Source: a virus (taxonomy: Duplodnaviria; Caudoviricetes). From it: 53,277 bases of DNA. Within the stretch, counting starts at the first letter, position 1, and each line of letters starts with the position of its first letter. The notes beneath the pieces were generated by a model that saw only the letters and a list, made by a program, of their open reading frames with translations, had not been told where the DNA came from and made no database searches. The position numbers were made by a program, and so were the translations under genes. Positions 27,931-38,004 of the stretch are shown here, piece after piece. Where the stretch lies: the IMG/VR virus record IMGVR_UViG_3300030104_000348, positions 1 through 53,277 of that record; one strand, written 5' to 3'.

Positions 27931-28457
27931 CCTGCTATCTCCATTACTGTAATTGATGATGGGTTTCTTGACGCATTGTCATTGTCTACATCATAAAGAG
28001 TTAGTCCTACATATAGTGTCGTGTTTCTAATTTTTGCTTGAAGTTTATATGTTAATTGTGAGGTAACACCGGGTGAATCTAAAAATACGGCTGTTCCTAC
28101 TCCTCCACTATATACATTATTATTGCTACTACTGCCATACAATCCTGTTGCAGTAAATCTTTGTCTACTACTAGCAGCATCACCTCTAAATATTTCAGTT
28201 GAATCTCTTAGCAGAGTAAAACCACCACCAGCATCTCCCATTGTAATTGGACAATGAACTAATACTAAAACTTTGTTTGAAGTTGATGAAGGAGTAATAT
28301 TTACAGTCATTCCTGTAATATCTGTAAATGATGTTGACGTTGTTGAAAATGTATCTGTTTTTGTTGTTTGAACAACCTGCAAAATAGAACCAGTGCTATT
28401 TAAAATAGTTTTATTACCAGTTGTCTTAATTGAATTAACTCTTAATATACTTGTCAT
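27927..28457 (-). CDS. tail fibre/tip domain protein
   Basis: SILRVNSI, GSILQVVQT, ITPSSTSNKVLV, SITVMEIA. Confidence 0.6.
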   Translation of the reverse strand: MTSILRVNSIKTTGNKTILNSTGSILQVVQTTKTDTFSTTSTSFTDITGMTVNITPSSTSNKVLVLVHCPITMGDAGGGFTLLRDSTEIFRGDAASSRQRFTATGLYGSSSNNNVYSGGVGTAVFLDSPGVTSQLTYKLQAKIRNTTLYVGLTLYDVDNDNASRNPSSITVMEIAG

Positions 28458-28864
28458 TATGCTAAATCTCCGTGAAGTAAAACGTCACATAAGGAAGAAT
28501 CTACATATCCACTTGAACCATGTGTCCAGCAATCTAAATCCCCTACATTTCTATCCATTAACCCACCGAGATAATGGTTATCAAAGGAATCTAAATCAGA
28601 ATAAGCATTGGTGTACATCGTTGCACAATAATCATCGCTTACAAAATCATTTTGAATATGCACAACAGTTTTTCCTGCGGCTGTATCATCTAAACTTGAA
28701 ATATTAAAACTATCTCTAATTACTGTGTTTGTTATAGTTCCATAATGAACCCAAGCCTTTGCTAAACCTTGTTGAAGATTAGTTGTTTTAGTTCCTTCAC
28801 CTGTTACAGTAATGCTACCAGCAGTTGAAACTCCTATTATTTTATCTACATTTAAAGTGCTCAT
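28457..28864 (-). CDS. tail-associated protein, paralog A
   Basis: TAGSIT, LQQGLAKAW, DSFNISS, C-terminal HGDLA. Confidence 0.6.
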   Translation of the reverse strand: MSTLNVDKIIGVSTAGSITVTGEGTKTTNLQQGLAKAWVHYGTITNTVIRDSFNISSLDDTAAGKTVVHIQNDFVSDDYCATMYTNAYSDLDSFDNHYLGGLMDRNVGDLDCWTHGSSGYVDSSLCDVLLHGDLA

Positions 28865-29265
28865 GCTAAATCTCCATGAATTACTACAGCAGTATCAACA
28901 TTATCATCTGTTAAGCCACCACTATCTGCAACAAATGCTCTAGTTATAAATGCTGAAGCTGAAGCATCATTAACATTAATTGCTCTAGCATAACTGCCAT
29001 CATGGATAGTCGCACTAGGCACTGCAGCTTTTGCCGCTGAAAAAGGATTTGTTACTGTTATAGTATTTAATCCAGCAGAACCATCTGCTACACCACTTAT
29101 ATTAAGAGATGCATCAGCATTTGCAACTGTTCCATCTAAAGCAGCAGAAACAGTAGCTTTAACTACTCCTTGTTGTAATATTTGACTGTTATCATTTTCA
29201 AGTGAAAGAGTAATGCTACCAGCAGTTTGTCTACCATTTAATTCATCTACAGATAATTTACTCAT
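28861..29265 (-). CDS. tail-associated protein, paralog B
   Basis: TAGSIT, LQQG, SLNIS, HGDLA; start moved to ATGA-coupled MSKLSV. Confidence 0.6.
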   Translation of the reverse strand: MSKLSVDELNGRQTAGSITLSLENDNSQILQQGVVKATVSAALDGTVANADASLNISGVADGSAGLNTITVTNPFSAAKAAVPSATIHDGSYARAINVNDASASAFITRAFVADSGGLTDDNVDTAVVIHGDLA

Positions 29266-29450
29266 ACGATTGTCCACTCACCTTTAACAGTTACTTTGGC
29301 ATTATCTGCTATTGTTATGTCTCCAGCAGAAACTGCTCTGTCATCTGTATCAATTAAAACATTTGTTAAAATTTTATGAGAATTAATTCTTACAACCGGT
29401 TCATATGATTTAGCATCATAATTTTTACCTTTATATGTTTGATTTGACAT
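29262..29450 (-). CDS. small tail-associated protein
   Basis: AGGAG RBS; SAGDITI...VTV.GEWTIV. Confidence 0.6.
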   Translation of the reverse strand: MSNQTYKGKNYDAKSYEPVVRINSHKILTNVLIDTDDRAVSAGDITIADNAKVTVKGEWTIV

Positions 29451-29458
29451 ATTATCTC

Positions 29459-29830
29459 CTATGTATAAGGGTTAGTGCCAAGCACTGATGTATCCCAAGC
29501 AGCTTTTAACTTGGTAATTGTATCTGCATTTGTTATTGCACTATTAGCTGGTGCATCTCTTAAGGCTTTCTTTTTATTAATACTTGCAGTTTGTGCAGAA
29601 CTGTCAGAAGTTTCCAATGCTTTCATGTAGGCTACATCTTCAGCTTCCAATAAAGGTTTGCGAACATCTCTAATTTTATCTTTAAAGATTTCTTTTGCTT
29701 TTGTTACATCTTCTGAAATAACAGAACCTGATATTGCCCAAGCATTTCTAAAATGTCTGTCTGATGGCTTTGATGATACATTTGCTGCATTAATTTCTTT
29801 GCCATCTTTATCTATAATTAAACTTGTCAT
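29459..29830 (-). CDS. tail fibre assembly-like protein
   Basis: DRHFRNAW, KKKALRDAP. Confidence 0.6.
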   Translation of the reverse strand: MTSLIIDKDGKEINAANVSSKPSDRHFRNAWAISGSVISEDVTKAKEIFKDKIRDVRKPLLEAEDVAYMKALETSDSSAQTASINKKKALRDAPANSAITNADTITKLKAAWDTSVLGTNPYT

Positions 29831-29838
29831 ATTAACTC

Positions 29839-30312
29839 CTATGCTACTAATTTAATGTCATCTCTAATTTGCCATGCATCTCGCCATTGACGGTGTTTAG
29901 GCAGTTGATGTGCTCGGCATATAACCATTTTTGGTTTGTTACCCTCATTCCATGTTTGCCACACACGTTGTGGAATATCTTTTTGGATTAGGTATTCTAT
30001 TGCTTGTTCTTCTGTCATTGCTTCAACAGGTTTAGTGTTATGCAATAAATATCCTCTTGTATGTTTGACAAAATCAGGTTGTGCTTCATCTTTTGCTAGT
30101 TCCCAATATACTTCTACAGGTGGCAGAATACCACCTTGAATTGCACAAGCCATCCAGTTAGGGTCAGGAGATAACACCTTTGCTGGATTTTCCATGTCTT
30201 TTGGGTCTTCATATACAACTTTAATATCACTTTTAACAGGCTCAAGATTTTCTTTTGCCCAACATAGTCTATTCCATAAATGAGTGCCTTGAAAATTTGG
30301 TGTTTTTATCAC
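29839..30312 (-). CDS. conserved tail-region hypothetical protein
   Basis: TEEQAIEYLIQKDIP, WRDAW. Confidence 0.7.
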   Translation of the reverse strand: MIKTPNFQGTHLWNRLCWAKENLEPVKSDIKVVYEDPKDMENPAKVLSPDPNWMACAIQGGILPPVEVYWELAKDEAQPDFVKHTRGYLLHNTKPVEAMTEEQAIEYLIQKDIPQRVWQTWNEGNKPKMVICRAHQLPKHRQWRDAWQIRDDIKLVA

Positions 30313-30659
30313 GTAATTTCCATTATTGATAAAGAAGCATCTAACATACCAGCAACAGAACTTGAAATTTTTAAAACATCTGTTGTCTGTAAAACATATT
30401 TATTGCCTGTCATCATTTCAACACTACCACCACCACCAACAACTATATCTTTCTGTATATTAACATCTGTATTTGTTTCAGTGTCTGAAGTATTACTTTC
30501 AATATTAACTGTTGCCTTTACTGCTTCACTATGATTGTTGCAAAGGTTAAGGGATAAGATAATTGTTGTAGTTGAACTTGGAACTGTGTATAAAGTCTGC
30601 AAAGTAAAGGCTTGTGTACTTACACCTGATTTACTTTTTAATTTAAATGTGTTTGCCAT
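30309..30659 (-). CDS. tail-associated protein (MANTFK type)
   Basis: MANTFK, LYTVP, KYVL...D.LKI, SIMEIT. Confidence 0.65.
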   Translation of the reverse strand: MANTFKLKSKSGVSTQAFTLQTLYTVPSSTTTIILSLNLCNNHSEAVKATVNIESNTSDTETNTDVNIQKDIVVGGGGSVEMMTGNKYVLQTTDVLKISSSVAGMLDASLSIMEIT

Positions 30660-30661
30660 AT

Positions 30662-31111
30662 TTAAGCAACATCATCTAATAAAGCAGCAACTACACAATC
30701 AACTGTTCCTGTTGATGTAATCGCATGAACATCTGCTACTGTTGTATTTGGTAAATTACCAAACCACGAATGTCCAGCAGCTATTTTAATTCCATCACTA
30801 ACTGAAGTTGAAGCTGTACCTGCATCAATAACAATATAAACATCTGCACTTGCATGAGTGTTTTTAATAAATAAAAAATTTACTTTGTCATTTGCATGAA
30901 CTGCTGTGGGAGATGTATCATCATCTATTCCAGCATAATCTAAAAAATATCCAGCTATTAAATCTGTTGATGAATTAGATACATTGGTAAATTTATAATA
31001 CCATTTATCATTAGCATCAGCAGGACTAATAGTTGTACTACCCTCTATAACTTTTGATATTGTGTCAGGCAGCAATGTTGCAGTTATATTAACTGTTGCC
31101 GAATTTGCCAT
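30662..31111 (-). CDS. tail-region hypothetical protein
   Basis: AAGGAG RBS, 149 aa, FIKNT. Confidence 0.7.
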   Translation of the reverse strand: MANSATVNITATLLPDTISKVIEGSTTISPADANDKWYYKFTNVSNSSTDLIAGYFLDYAGIDDDTSPTAVHANDKVNFLFIKNTHASADVYIVIDAGTASTSVSDGIKIAAGHSWFGNLPNTTVADVHAITSTGTVDCVVAALLDDVA

Positions 31112-31133
31112 TTTATTTTCTCCTTTTTATATA

Positions 31134-31162
31134 ATTATACACTAAGACTATTTGTTTGTCAA
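31134..31162 (-). promoter_or_regulatory. consensus sigma70 promoter in tail module
   Basis: perfect TTGACA-17-TATAAT on - strand. Confidence 0.75.
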
Positions 31163-31165
31163 GTA

Positions 31166-34100
31166 TTATCCTAGTGCTATTGCTAATGCTGTCGCATCAT
31201 CTGTTGTTGCTTTTGCATTTAATTGTGTTTGTATATTAGATGATACACCATCTAAATATCCTACTTCTGTTGAAGTAACAGCACTTACTGAAACATCCCC
31301 ACTACCATCAGACACCAAAGCCCTTCCAGTTGTAAGATTTGCCATCTTGCTAAATGCTATCGCTGCACCTGATGCTACACTTGCGTTGACTACAGCATTT
31401 GATGCTAATTGGTCTGCACCTACAGCATCATCAGCTATCATAGATTGTTCTACTGCATCAGCCTGTATTGTAGCACTGCCTGTTACATTACCTGACCCAT
31501 CAAAACTAGCAGATGTCCACGCAACATCTCCTGTCATTGCAATAGTTCTACCTGTAGCTAACGCTGTAGCTGTATCTGCATTACCTGTTACATCACCTGT
31601 CAAAGGTCCAGCAAAAGCATCAGAAGTTACTGTTCCATCAAAGAAAGCATCTTTAAATTCAACATCACTACTACCAAGGTCTAAAATATTATCAGCACCC
31701 GGAGTCAATGCACCATCAGTTAGTATTAATTGTTTTTCGTTTCCTGCATAAAAATTTATTGTGTCGGCTGTTTCAAAATCTATTTTAGTCTGATCGTCTT
31801 CACCAATTTTTATATCAGTAGCTAGAAGAGAAGTAATGTCAGTTTGTGCAGCATTAATAGTAAATGTTAGATCATACGGATCTCCATCTGAACCAGTAGA
31901 AGTGTCTGTCCAATTAATATCAATACCACCACCTTCTACAAATTTAACCTCTTTTCCATCAGCTACAGTAACTTCTGTTCCATCTCCATCTTCAAGGATA
32001 AAGTTACTCATATTTCCAGCATTATTATCAACATAAGCCTTAACAGATTGTTGTGTAGGAACTAAAGTAGCACTGTCACTAGACATATTGTCTTCATCAA
32101 CAAACGCTGTAACCGTTATTGTGCCATCACTGAGACTGCCGTAGGTAACTGTTCCTGTGGTTGTAATGGCAGATGAGCCGTTATTAATACTTCCAAAATT
32201 ACTTGTAATGCTACCACTATCTAATGCACCAGTTGTGACAATAGAACTACTTCCTGCAACAGCAGAAAAATAAGTTTTGAGAGTATCCATCCCAACTTTT
32301 TTAAGTGTTCCAGCATCAGAATAAAGCAACTCATCTGCATCAGCTAAACCACTAGTGATTTCTGTTTGACCAGATATTACGTTGTTATTTAAATGCTCAC
32401 TTTCAACAGCATCATCAGCAATTTTAGCTTCTGTTATTGCATCTCCAGCAATCATGGCAGTTTCAACTGCACCACTAGCGATTGTTACAGCACCTGTGTT
32501 AGCTATTGTAACGTCACCTGATACTGCTACTTCTTCATAACTTGTTCCATCTGATACTAATATTTTAGCATCTGTTACATCAGGCATAATTAATTTAGCA
32601 CCTAATGTTAAATTACCAGTTACACCAAGAGTTGTTGCCATATCAACAGCACCATCTATATCAACTGCATCTAAATTAGTTGTACCATTGACATCTATAT
32701 TGCCCTCTATATCTAATGAATCTGCAATAAGTTGGTCAACTTGTAAGGTTTCGTAACTAGAACCTAATTTTAGTTCAAACTTAGGACCTGTTGTGTTGTA
32801 GCTAAATGTGGCATCATCACCTGAACCACCTTCTATTGTAATACCTGCACCATTAATTACAGCAGATGTACTGTTACCACTGTCAAGTACAATATTGTGG
32901 TCATTTAAGTTTACGGTTGTTGAGTTTACAGTAGTTGTTGTGCCTGATACTGTTAAGTCACCTGTAACTGTAAGGTTATCATTAACTGTTACTTCAGATG
33001 TAGTATGCCCTATAGATATTGGAACATCTGACGTTGCTGTTCCGATTGTTATTCCGTTAGATGTATTAGAGTTATCTATGTTTAAAGTAGATGTACTGTC
33101 TAATGATATATTAGAACCATCAACAACAAGCGTACCGTCTATGTCTGTATTATCTAAATTGGTTACTCCATCAATATCTGCATTACCTGATATATCTAAA
33201 GAACCACCTGTTATAGTACCTGTAGTTGTTATAGCACTTGAGCCATTGTCAATAGCACCAAAGCCACTTGTTATTGAACCACTATTTAACGCACCTACAG
33301 TAGTTACATTAGAAAGTGTATCTAAAGCTGACTCAAAGTATGTTTCAAAGTCAGTTAGAGCAACCTGAACCATTGTTCCGTTGTCATTTACTACAACTCT
33401 ATCAGCGTCTGCTAATGTCGTTGATGTTGCACTTGTATCACCATCTATAATATTAAGTTCACCTGCTGTCGAATCAACAGCGGCAAGTTTAGTAAAATCA
33501 GCTTGTACTAATCCTGATACACCATCAAGTAAATTTAACTCTGTTGCAGAGGAAGATACGGCTGTACTTCCTAACACTAATTGTCCTTCAGGAACAACAA
33601 GTCGTGCTGCACCGTTAAATATTAAATCATCAGCAGATGTATCCCAAGTCATATTAGCAGAAGCTGTATCCCCATAGAAAATGATGTCATAGCCTTGGTC
33701 ATCTGCACCAATAGTTACAGTTGAGTCAATCTGAACTGCACCATCAATGTCAACAGCATCTAAATTAGTTGTACCATCTACATCTAAATCTGTACCTACA
33801 TATAGCTTTTTGGCTATACTTGCACCACCTTCAGTTCTTAATGCTCCTGTATCTCCTGTAGCATCACTAGAATCAGTAGTATTTGTTATATCAAGAACAC
33901 CTGATGTTGTTATAGCACCTGAAGCAATAGTACCTAAACCACTAACATTACCACTTGTATCAAAAGTATAGTTGCCATCGGAAAATGTACCATCTATAGT
34001 TAGGTTACGAACTGTTCCTATATCTTTATTAGCATCTACAACCATAGCCTTACTAGCAGCAACAGTACCTGCAGTAATGCCATCAAGCATTTCTAATTCA

Positions 34101-34741
34101 GCTTCAGCTAACTCTGCACCTGAACCTAGTGTTAATGTTCCACCTACAGTTAAGTTACCTGCTACAGCTAATGTAGAGTTAGCTACTGTAGAATTAGGAG
34201 TTAAAGTAAGATGTGTTACATAACTTCCTGCACTCGCTATATCATTACCTAATGTTAGTGTGCCACCATCAGCTATATTTAATTTCCATTCATCTCCTGC
34301 ATCATCTCCTTCGTCAGCCATTAATGTAATAGCTAAACCTGCACCTTCAGTTGCAGCTATTTTTAGAGAATCAGTTGTAGTTTCATCATAACTAATTGCA
34401 ACATTCGAATCTGAACCAAATATTAATTGTTCATTGTCAATAATTAATATATCATCTGAAAACTTAAAATAGTCTTCATCTTCCATCCATGTAAGTACAC
34501 CATCGTTACTTTCTCCATCGAATGTAACAGCAATGTCTGTACCTGATGTTCCATCCCCTAAAGTTAAGGCAGTGCCAAGCATTTTCGTAATAGGACCACC
34601 TTCGTTAGCTGTACCATCGTGTGTGTGTCCACTACTTGCCTGAAAGACTGCTAGTAGTTGATTAAATTCATCATTGCTGTGTGCAGCTGTAATTACGTCA
34701 CCATCAGTAAACGATGATTGTCTTGTGTACGTTGCTCCCAT
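31166..34741 (-). CDS. tail fibre protein
   Basis: 1191 aa, YTRQ...HTHDG N-terminus, G/T/D-rich repeats, C-terminal AIALG. Confidence 0.8.
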   Translation of the reverse strand: MGATYTRQSSFTDGDVITAAHSNDEFNQLLAVFQASSGHTHDGTANEGGPITKMLGTALTLGDGTSGTDIAVTFDGESNDGVLTWMEDEDYFKFSDDILIIDNEQLIFGSDSNVAISYDETTTDSLKIAATEGAGLAITLMADEGDDAGDEWKLNIADGGTLTLGNDIASAGSYVTHLTLTPNSTVANSTLAVAGNLTVGGTLTLGSGAELAEAELEMLDGITAGTVAASKAMVVDANKDIGTVRNLTIDGTFSDGNYTFDTSGNVSGLGTIASGAITTSGVLDITNTTDSSDATGDTGALRTEGGASIAKKLYVGTDLDVDGTTNLDAVDIDGAVQIDSTVTIGADDQGYDIIFYGDTASANMTWDTSADDLIFNGAARLVVPEGQLVLGSTAVSSSATELNLLDGVSGLVQADFTKLAAVDSTAGELNIIDGDTSATSTTLADADRVVVNDNGTMVQVALTDFETYFESALDTLSNVTTVGALNSGSITSGFGAIDNGSSAITTTGTITGGSLDISGNADIDGVTNLDNTDIDGTLVVDGSNISLDSTSTLNIDNSNTSNGITIGTATSDVPISIGHTTSEVTVNDNLTVTGDLTVSGTTTTVNSTTVNLNDHNIVLDSGNSTSAVINGAGITIEGGSGDDATFSYNTTGPKFELKLGSSYETLQVDQLIADSLDIEGNIDVNGTTNLDAVDIDGAVDMATTLGVTGNLTLGAKLIMPDVTDAKILVSDGTSYEEVAVSGDVTIANTGAVTIASGAVETAMIAGDAITEAKIADDAVESEHLNNNVISGQTEITSGLADADELLYSDAGTLKKVGMDTLKTYFSAVAGSSSIVTTGALDSGSITSNFGSINNGSSAITTTGTVTYGSLSDGTITVTAFVDEDNMSSDSATLVPTQQSVKAYVDNNAGNMSNFILEDGDGTEVTVADGKEVKFVEGGGIDINWTDTSTGSDGDPYDLTFTINAAQTDITSLLATDIKIGEDDQTKIDFETADTINFYAGNEKQLILTDGALTPGADNILDLGSSDVEFKDAFFDGTVTSDAFAGPLTGDVTGNADTATALATGRTIAMTGDVAWTSASFDGSGNVTGSATIQADAVEQSMIADDAVGADQLASNAVVNASVASGAAIAFSKMANLTTGRALVSDGSGDVSVSAVTSTEVGYLDGVSSNIQTQLNAKATTDDATALAIALG

Positions 34742-36463
34742 TTACCTTCTTGCTCCTAATTGATATTCTAATTGAAATCCTTTTAACGAATAAGGTGCTG
34801 TTAATGCACTATCATTTACCCTTAATGCAACAGCAAAACCTGAACCCTCTACAGATTGTCTTAACAATGGCTGTGATGCACCACCATATGTAGGTGTACC
34901 ATAAGTAGATGCACCATATATAGCTACAACATCTTCTGAATCTAAAGAATACGCAGCAGGTCTAGATGAATTTCTATCTTCATAATCATACCTTACAAAC
35001 ATATCAGCATTAATAGCTGATTCAGGTTTATAGTTTACTATAACCCTTTGCATATGTTTACGTATTCCGGGATCACCAAATGTTAAATCAGGACTTCTAT
35101 ATCTACCTGACACAGCAGTGCCATCAAAATCATTGCCCTTTTCTTGCCTATGTATGTATCCGTCATATCCACCATGTAAGACGAATACATCCCCTGCTGC
35201 AACAAATGTATCTGTTGATGCAGGTTTAATACCTCGTAACTCTGAAAACTCAAAGTTCTGTCCTTTCATAACACATATAACACCTCGTGTATTATCTTCA
35301 CTTGTGCCATCTTTAGGAAAGAATATCCTATACTGTGTTTTGTCAGGTATAACTACTGATTCAAATAATTCAGAGTCAATTAAATTTTTGTCAAATATAG
35401 ATTGTACATTTGCACTTATAGTTCCAAGTTCAACGTCACCAATTCTAGCTGTACCTGCAACAGTTCTTAATCCATCAGGTCCTAGAAAAATTAAGTCACC
35501 TGCAAATTCTTGGATTGTATCACCATTTACACATCCTATGTTTCTAGTAACAGGAGTTATGGCAAAATCACTTGACGTGCTTCCTGATAACTTAAATATT
35601 CTATTCTCACAAAATATAAATAAATCATTACGGAATGCTTTAAGTCCTACTATAGTATCATCGACTTTAATACTACCTGCACCACTACCACTATTAAATG
35701 CATCTTCATCAAACGGCTGACTAAATACTACTTCTTGTGGTGTACTAGACATACCTGCATAAAACATATGGTTTTTAAACGCAGTTACAAACTTAGACCC
35801 TTCTACGCTTGACTCTGTAACATCTGTAGCTGAAAAGGATGTGTTAAAAACTGTTGGGTCATTTGTGCCATCTGTAACAATTATCTTATCATTACCATCA
35901 AAATTAAATCTTTCAAATGCGTATTTACCTGCATTAGTCCTGCCTGTGTCTCTTTGTGTCCAACTTTCAGAAACTACACTATCAACTATATGTGCTGCAG
36001 CTGTTGTAGAACTTGTTGCTCTTGTGACACCTGTAAAAGTTGTTGATGTAACACCTGTATATGTAAATATTTCTGAGTCAATTTGTAATGTACCACTTGA
36101 ACTAAACCCTACTGTGCTATCTACAGTTATAGTTCCTGACCCTGACATTGTTGCACTTGATGTTATTGCAGATGCTAATTCAGTTGAAGCTGAACTAAAT
36201 ATTTTTTCACCTCTTGCAGCAACAATATTATTATTAAAAAAAGCTATCATCAAAACTTTTTCTGTAGATGTAGATGTTTGAGGTACTATGTGATTTACAA
36301 ATTTTCTAAAGCCACTTATTCTTCTGTAACCACCTTCAATGTCAGGTTCAAAGTTTAATAATTCTAATGCTTGACCCGGTTGCATAATAAAAGTTGATCT
36401 ACTTTTTATTAAACCACCTTCACACACAAATGCTGAAGGAGATGTTTGAGATTCGTCAGCCAT
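34742..36463 (-). CDS. tail nozzle / tubular protein B-like
   Basis: NFEPDIEGGYRRI, propeller-like repeats, position after adaptor. Confidence 0.6.
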   Translation of the reverse strand: MADESQTSPSAFVCEGGLIKSRSTFIMQPGQALELLNFEPDIEGGYRRISGFRKFVNHIVPQTSTSTEKVLMIAFFNNNIVAARGEKIFSSASTELASAITSSATMSGSGTITVDSTVGFSSSGTLQIDSEIFTYTGVTSTTFTGVTRATSSTTAAAHIVDSVVSESWTQRDTGRTNAGKYAFERFNFDGNDKIIVTDGTNDPTVFNTSFSATDVTESSVEGSKFVTAFKNHMFYAGMSSTPQEVVFSQPFDEDAFNSGSGAGSIKVDDTIVGLKAFRNDLFIFCENRIFKLSGSTSSDFAITPVTRNIGCVNGDTIQEFAGDLIFLGPDGLRTVAGTARIGDVELGTISANVQSIFDKNLIDSELFESVVIPDKTQYRIFFPKDGTSEDNTRGVICVMKGQNFEFSELRGIKPASTDTFVAAGDVFVLHGGYDGYIHRQEKGNDFDGTAVSGRYRSPDLTFGDPGIRKHMQRVIVNYKPESAINADMFVRYDYEDRNSSRPAAYSLDSEDVVAIYGASTYGTPTYGGASQPLLRQSVEGSGFAVALRVNDSALTAPYSLKGFQLEYQLGARR

Positions 36464-37405
36464 CTAGCTTATCCTTAAAGGTGTGTCTGCTCCTGTTAAA
36501 TATCCTGATCTTGGTATATATGTAGATCGAATATAGTCAAATCTATTTACCAACAAGGTTTGCATATTTTTTATACCTTGTTCAAATCTTTGCATATTTA
36601 ACTGATATTGTTGTGTTTCACCTCTATACTGATATACAAAAGCTGTTGCACCATCTGCTATAATAGGTGCAAATCTATCAGGTATAGATGTTGTATCACT
36701 ATGTGCTGACATATCAGAAGGAAATGTAAAATAATCAAACTTGATTGTGTAGGATTTTGTAGGAAAAGGATGTAAAAGATAATTATTATCAGGAGTACGT
36801 ACTATAAATTGTGGTATACCACCATCATTAAATTGTGCAACTTGAACACCACTAGAGTGTGATGCTGCTGTTGTACTACTTGCTCCTCTTGTAACACCTG
36901 TAAAAGTTGTTGAACTACCTATAGCTGTGTATGTTACTTGTTCATTTCCTATAAACAAAGTTCCTGAACTTGCAAAACCTGACGTACTTACAACAGTAAT
37001 AGTTTCTACAGAGTCAGTGTGAGATTGACTTAAAGTTGTTGTATCTATTTCATCTTCTTGTGTTATGTAAGCATTTACATAATCATTATAATTTAAAACA
37101 CGTAATCTACCACCACTAGTAGCTAAATCACTGTCTTTAACTAATCTAAATGTATTATAGTCTACAGTTTTAGCATCTGTAGGAATACTATATTTAACTG
37201 TTCCTGCTGTTAGTGTTTGTGTTTTTGTTGAATGATTAAAAGGATACTGAAATTCTTTTTGGTTAATATATCTTACAGCTTCATTTACTGCATTTTTACA
37301 TTGTGTTTGTATACCTCTAGATGACGTAAAATTAGATGATGTTAATGCCACTTCATTTAAACGTGCAATTACTCTATTTGTATGTGTAAGAAATGTTTCT
37401 GCCAT
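36464..37405 (-). CDS. tail adaptor / tubular protein A-like
   Basis: N.V..RLNE, AVNEAV, IPDRF; position after capsid genes. Confidence 0.6.
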   Translation of the reverse strand: MAETFLTHTNRVIARLNEVALTSSNFTSSRGIQTQCKNAVNEAVRYINQKEFQYPFNHSTKTQTLTAGTVKYSIPTDAKTVDYNTFRLVKDSDLATSGGRLRVLNYNDYVNAYITQEDEIDTTTLSQSHTDSVETITVVSTSGFASSGTLFIGNEQVTYTAIGSSTTFTGVTRGASSTTAASHSSGVQVAQFNDGGIPQFIVRTPDNNYLLHPFPTKSYTIKFDYFTFPSDMSAHSDTTSIPDRFAPIIADGATAFVYQYRGETQQYQLNMQRFEQGIKNMQTLLVNRFDYIRSTYIPRSGYLTGADTPLRIS

Positions 37406-37418
37406 AATATACTCGTGT

Positions 37419-37448
37419 TAAAAGGATGGCAAGTTTCCCTGCCACCCT
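37419..37448 (-). terminator. rho-independent terminator after capsid genes
   Basis: GGGTGGCAGG-GAAA-CTTGCCATCC then TTTT on - strand. Confidence 0.75.
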
Positions 37449-37460
37449 ATATCTAGCTAA

Positions 37461-37991
37461 TTAAGCTAATTGGTCTCTATCAACATCAGTAGCTTTTCCT
37501 GATGCACCAACATCGTTACAGTCGATTACACAAGCATACGCTCTTAATCTTCCTGTAGCTGGAGCCGCACCTGCAATCTTACAATCAATTGTATCCGTAG
37601 ACGATTGAAATTGTGTGAACAGTGAAGCCGCACCTGTAGTTACATCGTTTGACTGTCCATTTGAACCTTCAGCACAGAATCCTGTAGAAGTGATGTCAGC
37701 ACCATCAATGATGTCATCACCTGCAGCAAAATCCATGTCTAAAGTACAACTAGAAGTAAACGCTTTCTCTACTTCAGCACCTGCAAACAGAACAAGTGTT
37801 CCTGCTGGAATTTCAAGAAGCTGAAAGATGTCTCCATCTGCTCCTGAATACCCTGCAGCGACCAATGCATCTATGTCCAAGTAGGCTTGAATCATACGCA
37901 TTGCACTCATACCTGTTTGTGTAGGTAGTGCCACAATAGAATTAGAGGATACCCCTGTGGTATCCGATGATGTCATATCATAAGTTGCCAT
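37461..37991 (-). CDS. capsid-associated (decoration/cement-like) protein
   Basis: between MCP and terminator, strong RBS, IPAGT motif. Confidence 0.55.
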   Translation of the reverse strand: MATYDMTSSDTTGVSSNSIVALPTQTGMSAMRMIQAYLDIDALVAAGYSGADGDIFQLLEIPAGTLVLFAGAEVEKAFTSSCTLDMDFAAGDDIIDGADITSTGFCAEGSNGQSNDVTTGAASLFTQFQSSTDTIDCKIAGAAPATGRLRAYACVIDCNDVGASGKATDVDRDQLA

Positions 37992-38004
37992 AGTCTATCC
38001 TCCC

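Noticed and set aside
27634-34741. Diversity-generating retroelement or invertible tail segment
   Set aside because: No reverse transcriptase, no adenine-specific repeat pair, no invertase or inverted sites seen
31152-36281. Long + strand ORFs opposite tail genes (31152, 32808, 35118, 35841 and others)
   Set aside because: Antisense shadows of strongly biased - strand genes; no RBS or motifs
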